Below are positions 28,355-37,798 of a DNA stretch of 64,000 nucleotides, piece after piece. Where the stretch lies: positions 320,001-384,000 of the forward strand of contig JAVLKG010000004.1 of assembly GCA_032128875.1 (NCBI GenBank), given 5' to 3'. Within the stretch, counting starts at the first letter, position 1. Every line of letters begins with the position of its first letter. A model generated the notes under the pieces. That model was not told the origin of the DNA and did not search any database. It saw only the letters and a list, made by a program, of their open reading frames with translations. A program made the translations under genes and the position numbers. This stretch comes from Candidatus Melainabacteria bacterium 17Bon1m. Its GTDB lineage: Bacteria > Cyanobacteriota > Vampirovibrionia > Obscuribacterales > Obscuribacteraceae.

Positions 28355-28963
28355 ATGAAAAAGCCTAACAAGACGTTTGCGTGGTTGGCACTGAGTATCA
28401 TTCTATGCACATCACAATATGTCTCAGTCAGTGGAAAAGACCCGACGTCTGTTCCGAGTTCTTCGACGGATAGGTTTGTCTCAACGCTTCCCAACACATC
28501 TGATGATCTTTCACAAACCCAAGGATTGGTCGATGGTCTTTACCTGATTCAACGCGAAGGTAAGTCGCAGAAGGAAATTCTTCCTCTCAAATCATCTGAG
28601 CACATCCTTCTCAATGACTATGAGTTTCTCGCTCCTGAGGAGCGAGGTGAGACCACCCATATAGTCGTGAGCCAGAAGTCTTTCGTGCCGCTTATTCTGG
28701 ACAGCGCCCCTGTGAAATCAAACGATAACGCTGGAAGACCCAAGGTAGAAATCTCGCTCGCGGAAAGTCAGATCAAACCTCTCGAAAGGTTCACAACCCA
28801 AAATTTGATGAAAAGTGTTGCCATTGTGATTGGTGGCAAGGTTGTGACCACGCACAAGATAAGAGTGCCGATCGTCGGAGGCAAAATGCAAATTACAAGA
28901 TGCACAGATCATGGATGCGAGGCTCTGTACACAAAGTTGCAGAAGCCTAGTGCATCGAAATAA
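28355..28963 (+). CDS. Secreted stand-alone SecD/SecF P1-head-like domain protein
   Basis: Signal peptide; GRPKVEISL...LERFTTQNLMKSVAIVIGGKVVTTHKIRVPIVGGKMQIT resembles the SecD P1 head; no TM bundle. Confidence 0.8.
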   Translation: MKKPNKTFAWLALSIILCTSQYVSVSGKDPTSVPSSSTDRFVSTLPNTSDDLSQTQGLVDGLYLIQREGKSQKEILPLKSSEHILLNDYEFLAPEERGETTHIVVSQKSFVPLILDSAPVKSNDNAGRPKVEISLAESQIKPLERFTTQNLMKSVAIVIGGKVVTTHKIRVPIVGGKMQITRCTDHGCEALYTKLQKPSASK

Positions 28964-28981
28964 TCAAAACTATCGCGCGCA

Positions 28982-29185
28982 TTATTTACGCGCTGTCCGT
29001 GCGTCCTTTAGCTGAGACTGCGGGCTGAGTGTATCGCTCTGTACAGCTGTACCATCGGATGTGTAGCCATGCGTCGTGTTGCCGGCCGACCGCGGCCAGA
29101 ATACGAACAAACTCAATACCAAAATAAACGAAGCGAATAAGAGGGCCATCGACACATTGGCTTGGTTATCTACTGCGGTTTTCAT
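28982..29185 (-). CDS. 67-aa single-TM small protein
   Basis: GAGGA RBS, one TM ending in WP, ECF-like promoter 30 nt upstream. Confidence 0.75.
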   Translation of the reverse strand: MKTAVDNQANVSMALLFASFILVLSLFVFWPRSAGNTTHGYTSDGTAVQSDTLSPQSQLKDARTARK

Positions 29186-29215
29186 GTTCTGATCCTCATT
29201 TTTGCTACAAAGTAA

Positions 29216-29240
29216 GACTCAAGCCCGTTCCGCCAGTTCC
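29216..29240 (-). promoter_or_regulatory. ECF-type promoter GGAAC-N17-GTC
   Basis: GGAAC tggcggaacgggcttga GTC. Confidence 0.65.
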
Positions 29241-29478
29241 CAAGCCGCTTTATGTTTGTTTTTGGTTGCTATCCTGTCCTGTCAGTGTCATTGGTCACGC
29301 GGTAAATGCACGGTTTCTATTTCTTGAGATTTTAGGTTAATTGAGGACATCTCACCGCGCTGACTGCCTTTCAGGGCGCGCCTGGATTAAACGAGCGTAT
29401 TTCCCCCATGTTCCGGCGCATGATTCGAAGGCACAATGGATTGGATTACAGCGTGAAGAGCCTGGAGCGAAGAACAGA

Positions 29479-29643
29479 ATGAGTCTAGGACATTTAGGGA
29501 TGCCTATCTTGTGGTTTTTCGGCGACTTTCGAAATGCCGGTATCAATGAAATTATCGGATTCTGTGGCGTCTTCGTCTGCTTTGTCGCTGTCGCGATCAG
29601 CTGGTATCAAATCAGGCGTGACGCGCAAAACCAACCCCACTGA
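29479..29643 (+). CDS. Possible small membrane protein
   Basis: Hydrophobic IIGFCGVFVCFVAVAISWY segment; GGAG upstream of ATG 29479. Weak support. Confidence 0.35.
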   Translation: MSLGHLGMPILWFFGDFRNAGINEIIGFCGVFVCFVAVAISWYQIRRDAQNQPH

Positions 29644-29648
29644 TCAAA

Positions 29649-30881
29649 CTATTTTTGATTTGAATAACGCATGCGAATAGGACCCATGTCGAGGAGCTGT
29701 TCGGCAGTACTTGAATGCAAATCGCGATCTCTCTTAGTGACGAGATCTGAAACATCTGCAATAGAAATGCACTGAAGCATTTTTTTGTCGTCTTGCGCCG
29801 GATCGATGATCAAGGCAGCTCGTATATGTTTGCATGCCGATTTGTAGTCTTTATCTCTAATATCGAGTCTGCAAAGAATAGAACTCGCTACAATTCGAGC
29901 TTGTGCAAGCGGTGTGGAAAAACTTTCCACCAGCTCACTGGGTATCTCGCTCGGTGGTTTTTCTCGTAATGAAACTGCTCTTTCGAGTAATGCTTTTGCT
30001 TGCTTTTCATCTCCCTGAGCAAGATGTGCTTTCGCTGCCGTAATCAGGTATTTGCACAGGTTTGGAATGTCGGCACCTGTTGGCGGTGACAAGTGTTCTT
30101 TAAGCCACTTTCCGGCCCGCGACTTCACACTCGCATCGACTTGAATCGGTTCTTCCAGGCGAAATTGTGAATCTGCGTCTTCAAACAATGAAAGGTAATT
30201 TTCAAAGGCTTCTTTGTACTTGCCGTGTTTTTCTTGCAAATAACCAACTCTTTTCAAAACTGCCTGTGCAACAACTGCCTTAGTGGCAGAGAATCTTTCA
30301 GCATCTGCTGATTTCTCAGTGGCGGCTTTCAAATTCTTTAAGGCTTCTACATCTTTTCCTACTGCCGCTTGCGCTGCGGCAAAATGGAGATAGAAGCGAA
30401 AACCTGGCACAAAGCCTTTACCAATTTTCTTGCTAGCTTTCTCGTATATGGTTATTGCGTCCAGGCGCTTGTGTTGACCATCGAGGCACTTAGCTCTCAA
30501 ATACAATGCGCTTCCTGTCTCGCGCTTTGGTGATTTGTCCAAGAGTTTTAGGGCTTCTGCGAAATCCTGTCTGCAGGTGAGGAAGTAAATTTTTCCGCCG
30601 TCACTCAGTTGCTGCATGTATTGAGTTTTGAACTCAGGATGGTTAGCACCATGCGTGAACGTCGCATATGCAAGTCCTTCTTTGCTCAGCATCCATCGCT
30701 TTTGCTCGGCGATTACCTTGGCTACTTCTTCCTTCATTTGCACATTGAGCTGGGCTTGCTGAACGCTGGTAAGCCTCTGCTGGGCAAGCGATTGACTAGC
30801 CGGTAGCGAAACCATTATCAATGCAAGAAGCAATGCATTGACGGTTGTCCTTGTGGCTTTCAAAGCTTTATTCGCCTGCAT
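29649..30881 (-). CDS. Secreted TPR-repeat protein
   Basis: Signal peptide (LLLALIMVSLPASQSLA) and several TPR-like helical pairs (ALYLRAKCL..., AFENYL). Confidence 0.8.
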   Translation of the reverse strand: MQANKALKATRTTVNALLLALIMVSLPASQSLAQQRLTSVQQAQLNVQMKEEVAKVIAEQKRWMLSKEGLAYATFTHGANHPEFKTQYMQQLSDGGKIYFLTCRQDFAEALKLLDKSPKRETGSALYLRAKCLDGQHKRLDAITIYEKASKKIGKGFVPGFRFYLHFAAAQAAVGKDVEALKNLKAATEKSADAERFSATKAVVAQAVLKRVGYLQEKHGKYKEAFENYLSLFEDADSQFRLEEPIQVDASVKSRAGKWLKEHLSPPTGADIPNLCKYLITAAKAHLAQGDEKQAKALLERAVSLREKPPSEIPSELVESFSTPLAQARIVASSILCRLDIRDKDYKSACKHIRAALIIDPAQDDKKMLQCISIADVSDLVTKRDRDLHSSTAEQLLDMGPIRMRYSNQK

Positions 30882-31093
30882 TTGTTTGGGTAATCGCGAA
30901 TCATACATTGTGAATCTCAAGGTGAAAGTCCGGGGTATTTGTCTCAATTGGGTCGAGTCAGCAAGGCGTCGTATCTACAAGGCTTATGGATGCTTGACTT
31001 CCCTCTGGTAAGGGATGAATTACCGAGCTATAAATGTCATTATAATTAACTCCTCGCGCAGTTTCTTTCAGAAATTCCAGTAGGTGGGGTCAC

Positions 31094-32653
31094 TTGCAAA
31101 GCGATGTGCACATTCCTGTTGTAATTGTCGATGACCAAACGGTCATGCGCATCGGCTTGAAAATTGTGCTTGAGAGAATCCCTGGAGTTAAGGTGGTCGC
31201 AGAGGCTCAGGACGGAAAAGAGGCGATCGATGTCTCGCTGCGGTTGCGTCCCGCGATCATTTTGATGGATATTTCGATGCCAAACATGGACGGCATTCAG
31301 GCAACCGAGATCATCAAAGAAAAGTTGCCCGAGACACGCGTTGTAATGTTCACTTCAAATGAGGATGAAGCTGCGTTTTTGCAAGCTCTCGCTGCAGGTG
31401 CGGATGCTTATTGTTTGAAGGATGCAAGTGAAAGGCAATTGCAATCTGCTATGTCTGCTGTTTTGCAAGGTGCTAAATGGTTGGATCATGGATTGGCAAA
31501 GCGGGTTTTATCGGAAAGTTCTTCTGCTTCACAACGCCTTAAGCGCAATCTGATTACTCCGCAACAGATGAAGATATTCGAGCTGATAGAGCATGGCCTC
31601 AATATTGAAGAAATAGCCAGAAAGTTGGGTTGCGATGTCACAAGCGTGAAGATGGATTTGCGCACAGCAGTTGATTGTCTCGAACCCGATTCAATGAATA
31701 AATCTACAAGGTTGATGGCAAATCTGCGCCCCATGCTTGAGTCGAGTGACGCAGTAAAAGACTATTCAACCGGCGAAACTCGAGAGAAGCAGGTTGATGA
31801 CATAGTCTCTGAAAAATACCGCATTGAGAAAGTTTTGGGTCGTGGTGGCATGAGCGTGGTCTATCTTGCGCGCCACATTTCTCTCGGCAAGTTAGTTGCA
31901 ATAAAAATGATGCATTTAAATATGGTGGCAACCGGTTCTTTCTTGCAGAGGTTTGAGCGTGAGGCAAAAATCGCCAGTTCGCTCAATCATACTAACATTG
32001 TTGGTGTGCATGACTTTGGTGAAGATGCGCACGGACAGCCGTATTTGATTATGGATTATGTTAATGGTGAAACTCTAGAAGAGCTGATTGCTGATCGTCA
32101 GAAGTTGGATCCTGGCTTTTGCGTTCCCATATTTATGCAAATTTGCGATGCACTGACAACGATGCACAACAAAGGTTTTGTGCATCGTGATCTAAAACCA
32201 AGCAACGTGATTGTGAAAGTCAAAAGCAGCGGCACTCACATCACTCTGGTAGATTTAGGCATCGCAAAGTCAATTGTTGAGAGTAGTGCTACGGCTAGAC
32301 TAACTGCACATGGGCAGATGTTTGGTTCTCCCACATATATGAGTCCTGAGCAATGCATTGGACAAGATGCAGATTTTCGCAGCGACTTGTATGCCTTAGG
32401 CTGCTTGATGTATGACGCTCTTAGCGGCGGTCCGCCCTTTGATCATGACAGCACTTACAACGTTATGTGGCAGCACGTCAATGAGCCACCATCGCGTCTG
32501 CCCTTCCTTGAAGAGCACTCCAAAGTGCCAGAACACATGCAAACGATTATGTTCAAGCTTTTGCAAAAGGCGCCGAATCAACGCTATCAGAGTGCGGATG
32601 AAGTGAAAGCTGAACTTGCTCTGCTTTTGCAAGAAGCGAGATCAGGACAGTAG
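31094..32653 (+). CDS. NarL-type response regulator (REC + LuxR-like HTH) fused to a Hanks-type Ser/Thr kinase
   Basis: IVDD, LMDISMP, FTS, YCLK receiver residues; IEEIARKL HTH; LGRGGMSVVY, VAIK, HRDLKPSN, DLG, GSPTYMSPEQ. Confidence 0.93.
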   Translation: MQSDVHIPVVIVDDQTVMRIGLKIVLERIPGVKVVAEAQDGKEAIDVSLRLRPAIILMDISMPNMDGIQATEIIKEKLPETRVVMFTSNEDEAAFLQALAAGADAYCLKDASERQLQSAMSAVLQGAKWLDHGLAKRVLSESSSASQRLKRNLITPQQMKIFELIEHGLNIEEIARKLGCDVTSVKMDLRTAVDCLEPDSMNKSTRLMANLRPMLESSDAVKDYSTGETREKQVDDIVSEKYRIEKVLGRGGMSVVYLARHISLGKLVAIKMMHLNMVATGSFLQRFEREAKIASSLNHTNIVGVHDFGEDAHGQPYLIMDYVNGETLEELIADRQKLDPGFCVPIFMQICDALTTMHNKGFVHRDLKPSNVIVKVKSSGTHITLVDLGIAKSIVESSATARLTAHGQMFGSPTYMSPEQCIGQDADFRSDLYALGCLMYDALSGGPPFDHDSTYNVMWQHVNEPPSRLPFLEEHSKVPEHMQTIMFKLLQKAPNQRYQSADEVKAELALLLQEARSGQ

Positions 32654-32685
32654 TTGCAGTACCGAGCATTGCCGGTGATGATCGC

Positions 32686-33150
32686 TCAGTTCCTATAGAA
32701 ATCAACCCATTCGATTTGAATCTCTTTGTCTTTTGGTTCAACGAACCCCGCTGGAGAGGTTATATAGATTGTGTTTCCTTTTCGTTTTAGAGTAAAACCT
32801 TGAGCAAGATCAATCACAGTCTTCTGCGTCGCGAGAGGAATTCTGCCCTCGAATTTCTTGGTAGCAGTTGAAAATTTCAAACCTTCAAGCGCTTTAAAGT
32901 TTCGAAAAAGAAGTCGAAAGGTGCGAGGCCATTCACCTTGTTTCAATCCAAATTGCGTTTTTCCTATGCCACCATAATGTTTCACTGTTATCTCAAAAGT
33001 ATTTCCCTTTTGGGTTGCTGATACATAATCGGCCCTGGGACGTTTGTCCTCGCGTTGCTCCCAAACCAATTCATGTGCAGACACATTTGCATTGAAAGTG
33101 CATAAGTGCAAAAGCAGGAGAAGGATGAACGCTGAAAACGCTTTTCTCAT
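32686..33150 (-). CDS. Secreted hypothetical protein
   Basis: Signal peptide; beta-rich body ending IEWVDFYRN. Confidence 0.75.
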   Translation of the reverse strand: MRKAFSAFILLLLLHLCTFNANVSAHELVWEQREDKRPRADYVSATQKGNTFEITVKHYGGIGKTQFGLKQGEWPRTFRLLFRNFKALEGLKFSTATKKFEGRIPLATQKTVIDLAQGFTLKRKGNTIYITSPAGFVEPKDKEIQIEWVDFYRN

Positions 33151-33168
33151 CGAGAATTGTAGAGAGTC

Positions 33169-33648
33169 TTATCCACCAGAAGGAAGAAGTTTGTCCTGCT
33201 CTTTTATGTCGGCTTGAGTGTTAAAGATTAGTCTTGTGATTTTGCTAGCTGTCTTCATTGCGGCAGGAAATTGCATTTTGTAGTGCTTCTTGTCGAAGAC
33301 GATGACCGGAGTCTTGTCCGATGTCCAAGAAGTCAGCAACCTATTGGTAGTTGCAGTACCCGGCAAGTTTGCCATGTCCGCGCCTGCCGAAAGGCACACG
33401 ATCCCTAAAATGGTGAAAACCGGCCCAAAGAAAATGGGCGCCCAGATTGCATCTTTGACTTTGGCAATTGCTTTTTCTTTTCGCTCATTGGGCGGGCAAA
33501 AAATAAGCCATGGCGAAATGATTGTGAGCGGCAGAAATCCGCTCCAATACCAGATTTTTCCTTGCGCTATAGCGACAAAGGCTTTGAAGAGATACCCGGC
33601 GCCCATGATCATAAGAATGACGCCAAAAGCGAGACCTAATTGCTCCAT
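33169..33648 (-). CDS. Hypothetical membrane protein
   Basis: GAGGA RBS; three hydrophobic segments. Confidence 0.75.
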   Translation of the reverse strand: MEQLGLAFGVILMIMGAGYLFKAFVAIAQGKIWYWSGFLPLTIISPWLIFCPPNERKEKAIAKVKDAIWAPIFFGPVFTILGIVCLSAGADMANLPGTATTNRLLTSWTSDKTPVIVFDKKHYKMQFPAAMKTASKITRLIFNTQADIKEQDKLLPSGG

Positions 33649-33933
33649 GTGGCAATCCTCGGCAGTTTAGTAAGTGTGACGCCTGGCAAGCGCCGACACT
33701 TCCACATTACAACGTTTCGCGGTTTTGCGGTAGGGCGCGAACGAAAGGCATCCGCAGTAAGTGTTTCGGGACGCTTCTCTACGGGGGCTGGGCTGACGTA
33801 AAGGGCATCTCACTTGAATTGATCGGTTCTAGCCCCAATCAGCAGGAGTTCTATAATGGACTTTCGGGGTTGGTTTGTGCCTTTTGTGGGGCACTGGAGC
33901 TGCCAGAGTTCAAAATGAGAGCAAATCCGAAAA

Positions 33934-34878
33934 ATGACTGATGCAAAATCCAATCGTAAGCCCAATCCGCATCTAATTATTCCTGCCGGAACGCAGGTAG
34001 TTACGTTGGTCGAGATTCGGAGCAAGGCAGGACAACCGTTAAGAAGAAAAGGTACGGTCGGAACTATCCTTAAGTCGCCGGTCGATAACGAACATGCTTA
34101 CTTAATTCGGTTTCCCGATGGAGGGCAAGCAAGTCTCCACCGACAAGAGCTCGTAATAAGAAAGCATCTTCAGAATGTAGATTTTGATAGACCAGATCCT
34201 TTGGGAGATCGTGAGTTATTTGATTTTGTTATTTATCAGTGTGTAGTCGGATCGCGCGCCTACGGCCTTGACGTTGAAGAGTCAGACATCGATCGCCGCG
34301 GAATTTACTTGCCTTCTGCCGAACTTCATTGGTCACTTTATGGTATTCCTGAGCAAATCGAAGACACCGCAAATGAGGAATGTTATTGGGAATTGCAAAA
34401 ATTCCTCATTTTGACTTTAAAAGCAAATCCAAATCTCCTTGAGTGCCTTTACTCTCCGATTGTGGAAAAATGTTCTCCAATCGCCCAAGAACTTCTAGAT
34501 TCGCGAGACTGCTTTTTGTCCAAGCTTGTTTATCAAACCTATAACGGCTATGTTCTTTCTCAGTTTCGGAAGTTAGAACAGGATCTCAGAACGCGTGGTG
34601 AACTGAAATGGAAGCACGTTATGCACCTTGTTCGCTTACTGGTTTCCGGCATCACAATTCTTAGGGAAGGTGTTGTGCCTGTGAATGTAGGGGATTATCG
34701 AGAAAAACTCATGCCAATTCGGCTGGGTCAAGTGTCGTGGGAGGAAGTGAACGATTGGCGATTGCAACTTCATAAGCAGTTCGACGCAGCATTTGAATCA
34801 TCAAAGTTGCCTGACAGACCAGATTACGAACAGGCTAATAGACTGCTGATCAAGGCTCGAAGGGAGATGGTTAAGTAA
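33934..34878 (+). CDS. Pol-beta superfamily nucleotidyltransferase (PF10127/YcgL/RlaP-like) with ~95-aa N-terminal extension
   Basis: VVGSRAYGL...SDIDRRG (GS-x-DxD), KANPNLLECL, KHVMHLVRLL, SKLPDRPD. Confidence 0.9.
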   Translation: MTDAKSNRKPNPHLIIPAGTQVVTLVEIRSKAGQPLRRKGTVGTILKSPVDNEHAYLIRFPDGGQASLHRQELVIRKHLQNVDFDRPDPLGDRELFDFVIYQCVVGSRAYGLDVEESDIDRRGIYLPSAELHWSLYGIPEQIEDTANEECYWELQKFLILTLKANPNLLECLYSPIVEKCSPIAQELLDSRDCFLSKLVYQTYNGYVLSQFRKLEQDLRTRGELKWKHVMHLVRLLVSGITILREGVVPVNVGDYREKLMPIRLGQVSWEEVNDWRLQLHKQFDAAFESSKLPDRPDYEQANRLLIKARREMVK

Positions 34879-35642
34879 TGGAATTTCCAAAACAAGTTGT
34901 TGAGGCAACGCAGAGCCATCCATTTCCACTGTTATTCGCTACCATTAGTGGTGCCCACTTATACGGATTTCCTTCGCCAGATTCTGATTTTGATCTTCGT
35001 GGCTGTCACGTACTGCCCGTTTCTGAGCTGATTGGGCTTGAGGCTCCAAGCGAAACCTTGGAGTCATCACGTATGGAAGAAGGTCTGGAGCTGGATCTTG
35101 TAACGCACGACGCAAAGAAATTCTTTCTGATGATGTTGCAGAAGAACGGATATGTCCTTGAACAACTCTATTCTCCTCTGGTTGTGCATGGAACAGTGGA
35201 ACATGAGGAGCTGAAAGAAATCGGTAAGAAGTGCATCACAAGGAATCATAGTTATCACTACCTTGGATTTGCGCTGACCCAATGGAGACTATTGTTCAAA
35301 CAAGAAAAACCTCGTGTTAAACCTCTCTTGTACACGTATAGAGTTCTTCTTACCGGAATAAACTTGATGCAGACTGGGGTTATCGAAGCGAATCTTGTAA
35401 CTCTGAATGAGAAATTCAGATTGCCTTATATTGCCGAGTTGATCGAGCAGAAGCTTTCGGGTGTGGAAAAACAGCAAATAAAAGGTGCAGATATCAGCTT
35501 TCACGAGACTGAATACAATCGCCTGCGAGCCCAGCTTGAAGATGAGTTTGACAAGTCTAAATTGCCAGAATTGCCGGACGCAAGGAAGGAATTAGACGAC
35601 CTTCTGCGACGGGTAAGAATGAACAAACTTACACCGATATAG
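34878..35642 (+). CDS. Second pol-beta nucleotidyltransferase (PF10127/YcgL/RlaP-like)
   Basis: ISGAHLYGFPSPDSDFDLRG, NGYVLEQL, VKPLLYTYRVLLTG; TAATG overlap with the upstream paralogue. Confidence 0.92.
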   Translation: MEFPKQVVEATQSHPFPLLFATISGAHLYGFPSPDSDFDLRGCHVLPVSELIGLEAPSETLESSRMEEGLELDLVTHDAKKFFLMMLQKNGYVLEQLYSPLVVHGTVEHEELKEIGKKCITRNHSYHYLGFALTQWRLLFKQEKPRVKPLLYTYRVLLTGINLMQTGVIEANLVTLNEKFRLPYIAELIEQKLSGVEKQQIKGADISFHETEYNRLRAQLEDEFDKSKLPELPDARKELDDLLRRVRMNKLTPI

Positions 35643-35653
35643 TAGCTTCAAAT

Positions 35654-35684
35654 GCAAATGCCCGGCTGGGCGCCAGGCATTTGC
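35654..35684. terminator. Hairpin between convergent genes
   Basis: GCAAATGCC...GGCATTTGC stem. Confidence 0.6.
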
Positions 35685-35703
35685 TGTCCTTCGTGGATGG
35701 ATC

Positions 35704-35997
35704 CTACTTTGTGTTTGTCTGAACTTTTACGCCATCTTTAGTCTTTACCTGAATCGCTTGTGATGCTGATGTGCTGCTGCTCGTACTCGGTGAAGTTGTC
35801 GCGTTTGTGGTCGTCACGTTGGTGTGATTTACATTGATTTTGGTTGATTTCAATGGCGGTCTCATTGGTTTGCTGACACCGGCGCTGCCTTGTCCCCATG
35901 AGGCTGGTTGTCCTGAGCCGGCGCCGGTAGTGTCTGCATAGGCGGCCGCGATAGGAATCAGTGTCACAATTGCTCCCAATACAAAATGCTTTCTCAT
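35704..35997 (-). CDS. Small secreted Thr/Ser-rich low-complexity protein
   Basis: GGAG RBS before ATG 35997; signal peptide ending AYA; GGAAC-N17-CTC upstream at 36043-36067. Confidence 0.75.
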   Translation of the reverse strand: MRKHFVLGAIVTLIPIAAAYADTTGAGSGQPASWGQGSAGVSKPMRPPLKSTKINVNHTNVTTTNATTSPSTSSSTSASQAIQVKTKDGVKVQTNTK

Positions 35998-36144
35998 GGT
36001 TGTCTCCCTGTGCGATAGTCGTTGAGTAGTGTCTATCTGTAAGAGAAAAATTGATCGAATTGGTTCCATGGAAACAGCGATGGGATGCCAAAATTGAACA
36101 TTTTTGAAGATGGTTTTGTGGCGCTTGGCTAAGTCAAAGTTAGG

Positions 36145-36726
36145 TCACTTTGTGTATTTCGCGACCAGTTCGCCAACGCTTGCTATACGTGCTTTCAGAA
36201 GTCCTTGCATTCTTTCCAGCGCTGAGTCCGTTAGTTGTTGATGGTTCGATATGACACCATCACTGACTACTATGAGCTTGTAGTCTCGCATGTAAGCGTC
36301 ATTTGCCGTGTACATCACACAAATGTCTGCTGCTATACCTGCCAGCACCAGTGTTTTTGCACCTAATTTCTTCAAAAGGATATTGAGTGGCGTACCGAAA
36401 AATCCAGAATGCATAGGTTTTAAAACAAAGAAATCTTGTTTGGTAGGTTTTAGCGCAATTGCAAGATCACGGCCATTTGAGCCCGTTTTAGTGCAAGCAT
36501 CTAGTTGTTCATTGAAGTTCGAGTGCCAGTTATTGAAATTGTCGTTGAGATAGATGACGGGTATTTCGGCCTGACGTGCCGCTCTTTTTAGACGCGCCAA
36601 ATTTTCAGCCAGCAGAGGCAAGCCTGCTAACAATTCTTCATTGTCCGGAAAGTCAAGTCTGTTGATGACGTCAATCAGAAGTAGTGCCGTATCCGACTGC
36701 GGCAGCTTACCTTGAGATGAAGTCAT
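36145..36726 (-). CDS. Isochorismatase-family cysteine hydrolase
   Basis: ALLLIDVIN, PVIYLND, KPMHSGF, GIAADICV, DAYMRDY (Asp-Lys-Cys triad). Confidence 0.95.
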   Translation of the reverse strand: MTSSQGKLPQSDTALLLIDVINRLDFPDNEELLAGLPLLAENLARLKRAARQAEIPVIYLNDNFNNWHSNFNEQLDACTKTGSNGRDLAIALKPTKQDFFVLKPMHSGFFGTPLNILLKKLGAKTLVLAGIAADICVMYTANDAYMRDYKLIVVSDGVISNHQQLTDSALERMQGLLKARIASVGELVAKYTK

Positions 36727-36737
36727 TTTCCCACTCC

Positions 36738-36962
36738 TTAGCCGGGAACGTCACGCGGATCGTTGCCATAACTGTCGCGCAAACGGATGCTGCCGTCTTC
36801 ACCATGCAAGTAGAACTCGACCCCATCTTGTTTTGCAAGTTTTCGTCCACATTCATCAGCATCTGCCTGTGTATCAAAAGTGGCTGCATAACCGTTGACG
36901 TTTTCTCGTTTCACCGCCCATTTATCTTCTTTTCTTACTACGTGAATGTTTGGTTTGCTCAT
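36738..36962 (-). CDS. DUF2188 family protein
   Basis: HVV..WAVKRE...FDTQADA...HGEDGSIR.RDSYGNDP...PG; GGAGG RBS. Confidence 0.95.
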   Translation of the reverse strand: MSKPNIHVVRKEDKWAVKRENVNGYAATFDTQADADECGRKLAKQDGVEFYLHGEDGSIRLRDSYGNDPRDVPG

Positions 36963-37246
36963 TGTAGAAGCCTCCCCTGCCGGATTAGGCGCTTTCTCTC
37001 AACTCGAATTCATCAGTATCCAGGATGGAGATTGTTCGCTTGCGGGCGTCGATTAGTTTGACGCCGTCCTTCCAATACTGCTCTGCAAACATCATCGCTA
37101 GTTCGAAGCGAGGAAACTCAAATACGTTTGCCTCCGAAATTACGCTCCACATCTGCTAGTCTCCATCTCGATTGTGCTGATTCAGACCGCTTTTGGCGAA
37201 ATCAGTTCCATTGTTTTAGGAGGAGATTGCACATTCTAACGAGCAC

Positions 37247-37281
37247 AAAAAAGACGACTATGAGGGTAGTCGTCTTCTTTA
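37247..37281. terminator. Intrinsic terminator
   Basis: AAGACGACTA-tgaggg-TAGTCGTCTT with an A-tract and a T-rich flank. Confidence 0.75.
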
Positions 37282-37330
37282 TGGTTCGAGGAGCCTCAGC
37301 CCGTTCACAAAACGAACTGATGTATGAAAC

Positions 37331-37726
37331 TTATCGGTAGGTTCGCGTGACCGGCTTAACAGGCTTTCCAGCTTTTGGTGCTCCGAAGTTTTTGACGACG
37401 GGCTTTGCCGTGGCAGGCATCGTATAGCTGGATCTTCCCTGAACAGGCGTTGTGGTCGAGCCAATCGGTCTGACATAGGGCGTAGAGCCGCCCTGGTTAG
37501 TGCTCTGGGTAGTGGCCTGAGCGCTATTAGTAGAACTGCTGCTACTGCTTTGCTGTGTTGTCGCTGCATTGGAGGGCTGATTCGTAGATTGCGATGACTG
37601 CTGAGTAGTCGCGCCAGACGAATTTGATCCGCCAGCCATGCTTGATGCTTGCGATTCGCCTGCGTACGCGTATAAATTGGGCAGCAGAGCAGTCACGACT
37701 CCTAGCAACGTGTAGCGTCTCTTCAT
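37331..37726 (-). CDS. Small secreted Ser/Thr/Gln-rich low-complexity protein
   Basis: AGGAG RBS, signal peptide ending AYA, repeated ATTQQSS units. Confidence 0.75.
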   Translation of the reverse strand: MKRRYTLLGVVTALLPNLYAYAGESQASSMAGGSNSSGATTQQSSQSTNQPSNAATTQQSSSSSSTNSAQATTQSTNQGGSTPYVRPIGSTTTPVQGRSSYTMPATAKPVVKNFGAPKAGKPVKPVTRTYR

Positions 37727-37758
37727 ATTCAACTCCTGTATGGCTTGGCAGGGTATTT

Positions 37759-37783
37759 GACAAGCTAATCACTGTAAGGTTCC
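37759..37783 (-). promoter_or_regulatory. ECF-type promoter GGAAC-N17-GTC
   Basis: GGAAC cttacagtgattagctt GTC, 32 nt upstream of ATG 37726. Confidence 0.65.
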
Positions 37784-37798
37784 CAAAGCGAAGGGATT

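Noticed and set aside
33934-35642. CBASS/cGAS-like or MNT-HEPN system
   Set aside because: The motifs are PF10127-like, and there is no adjacent effector, Cap or separate HEPN gene.
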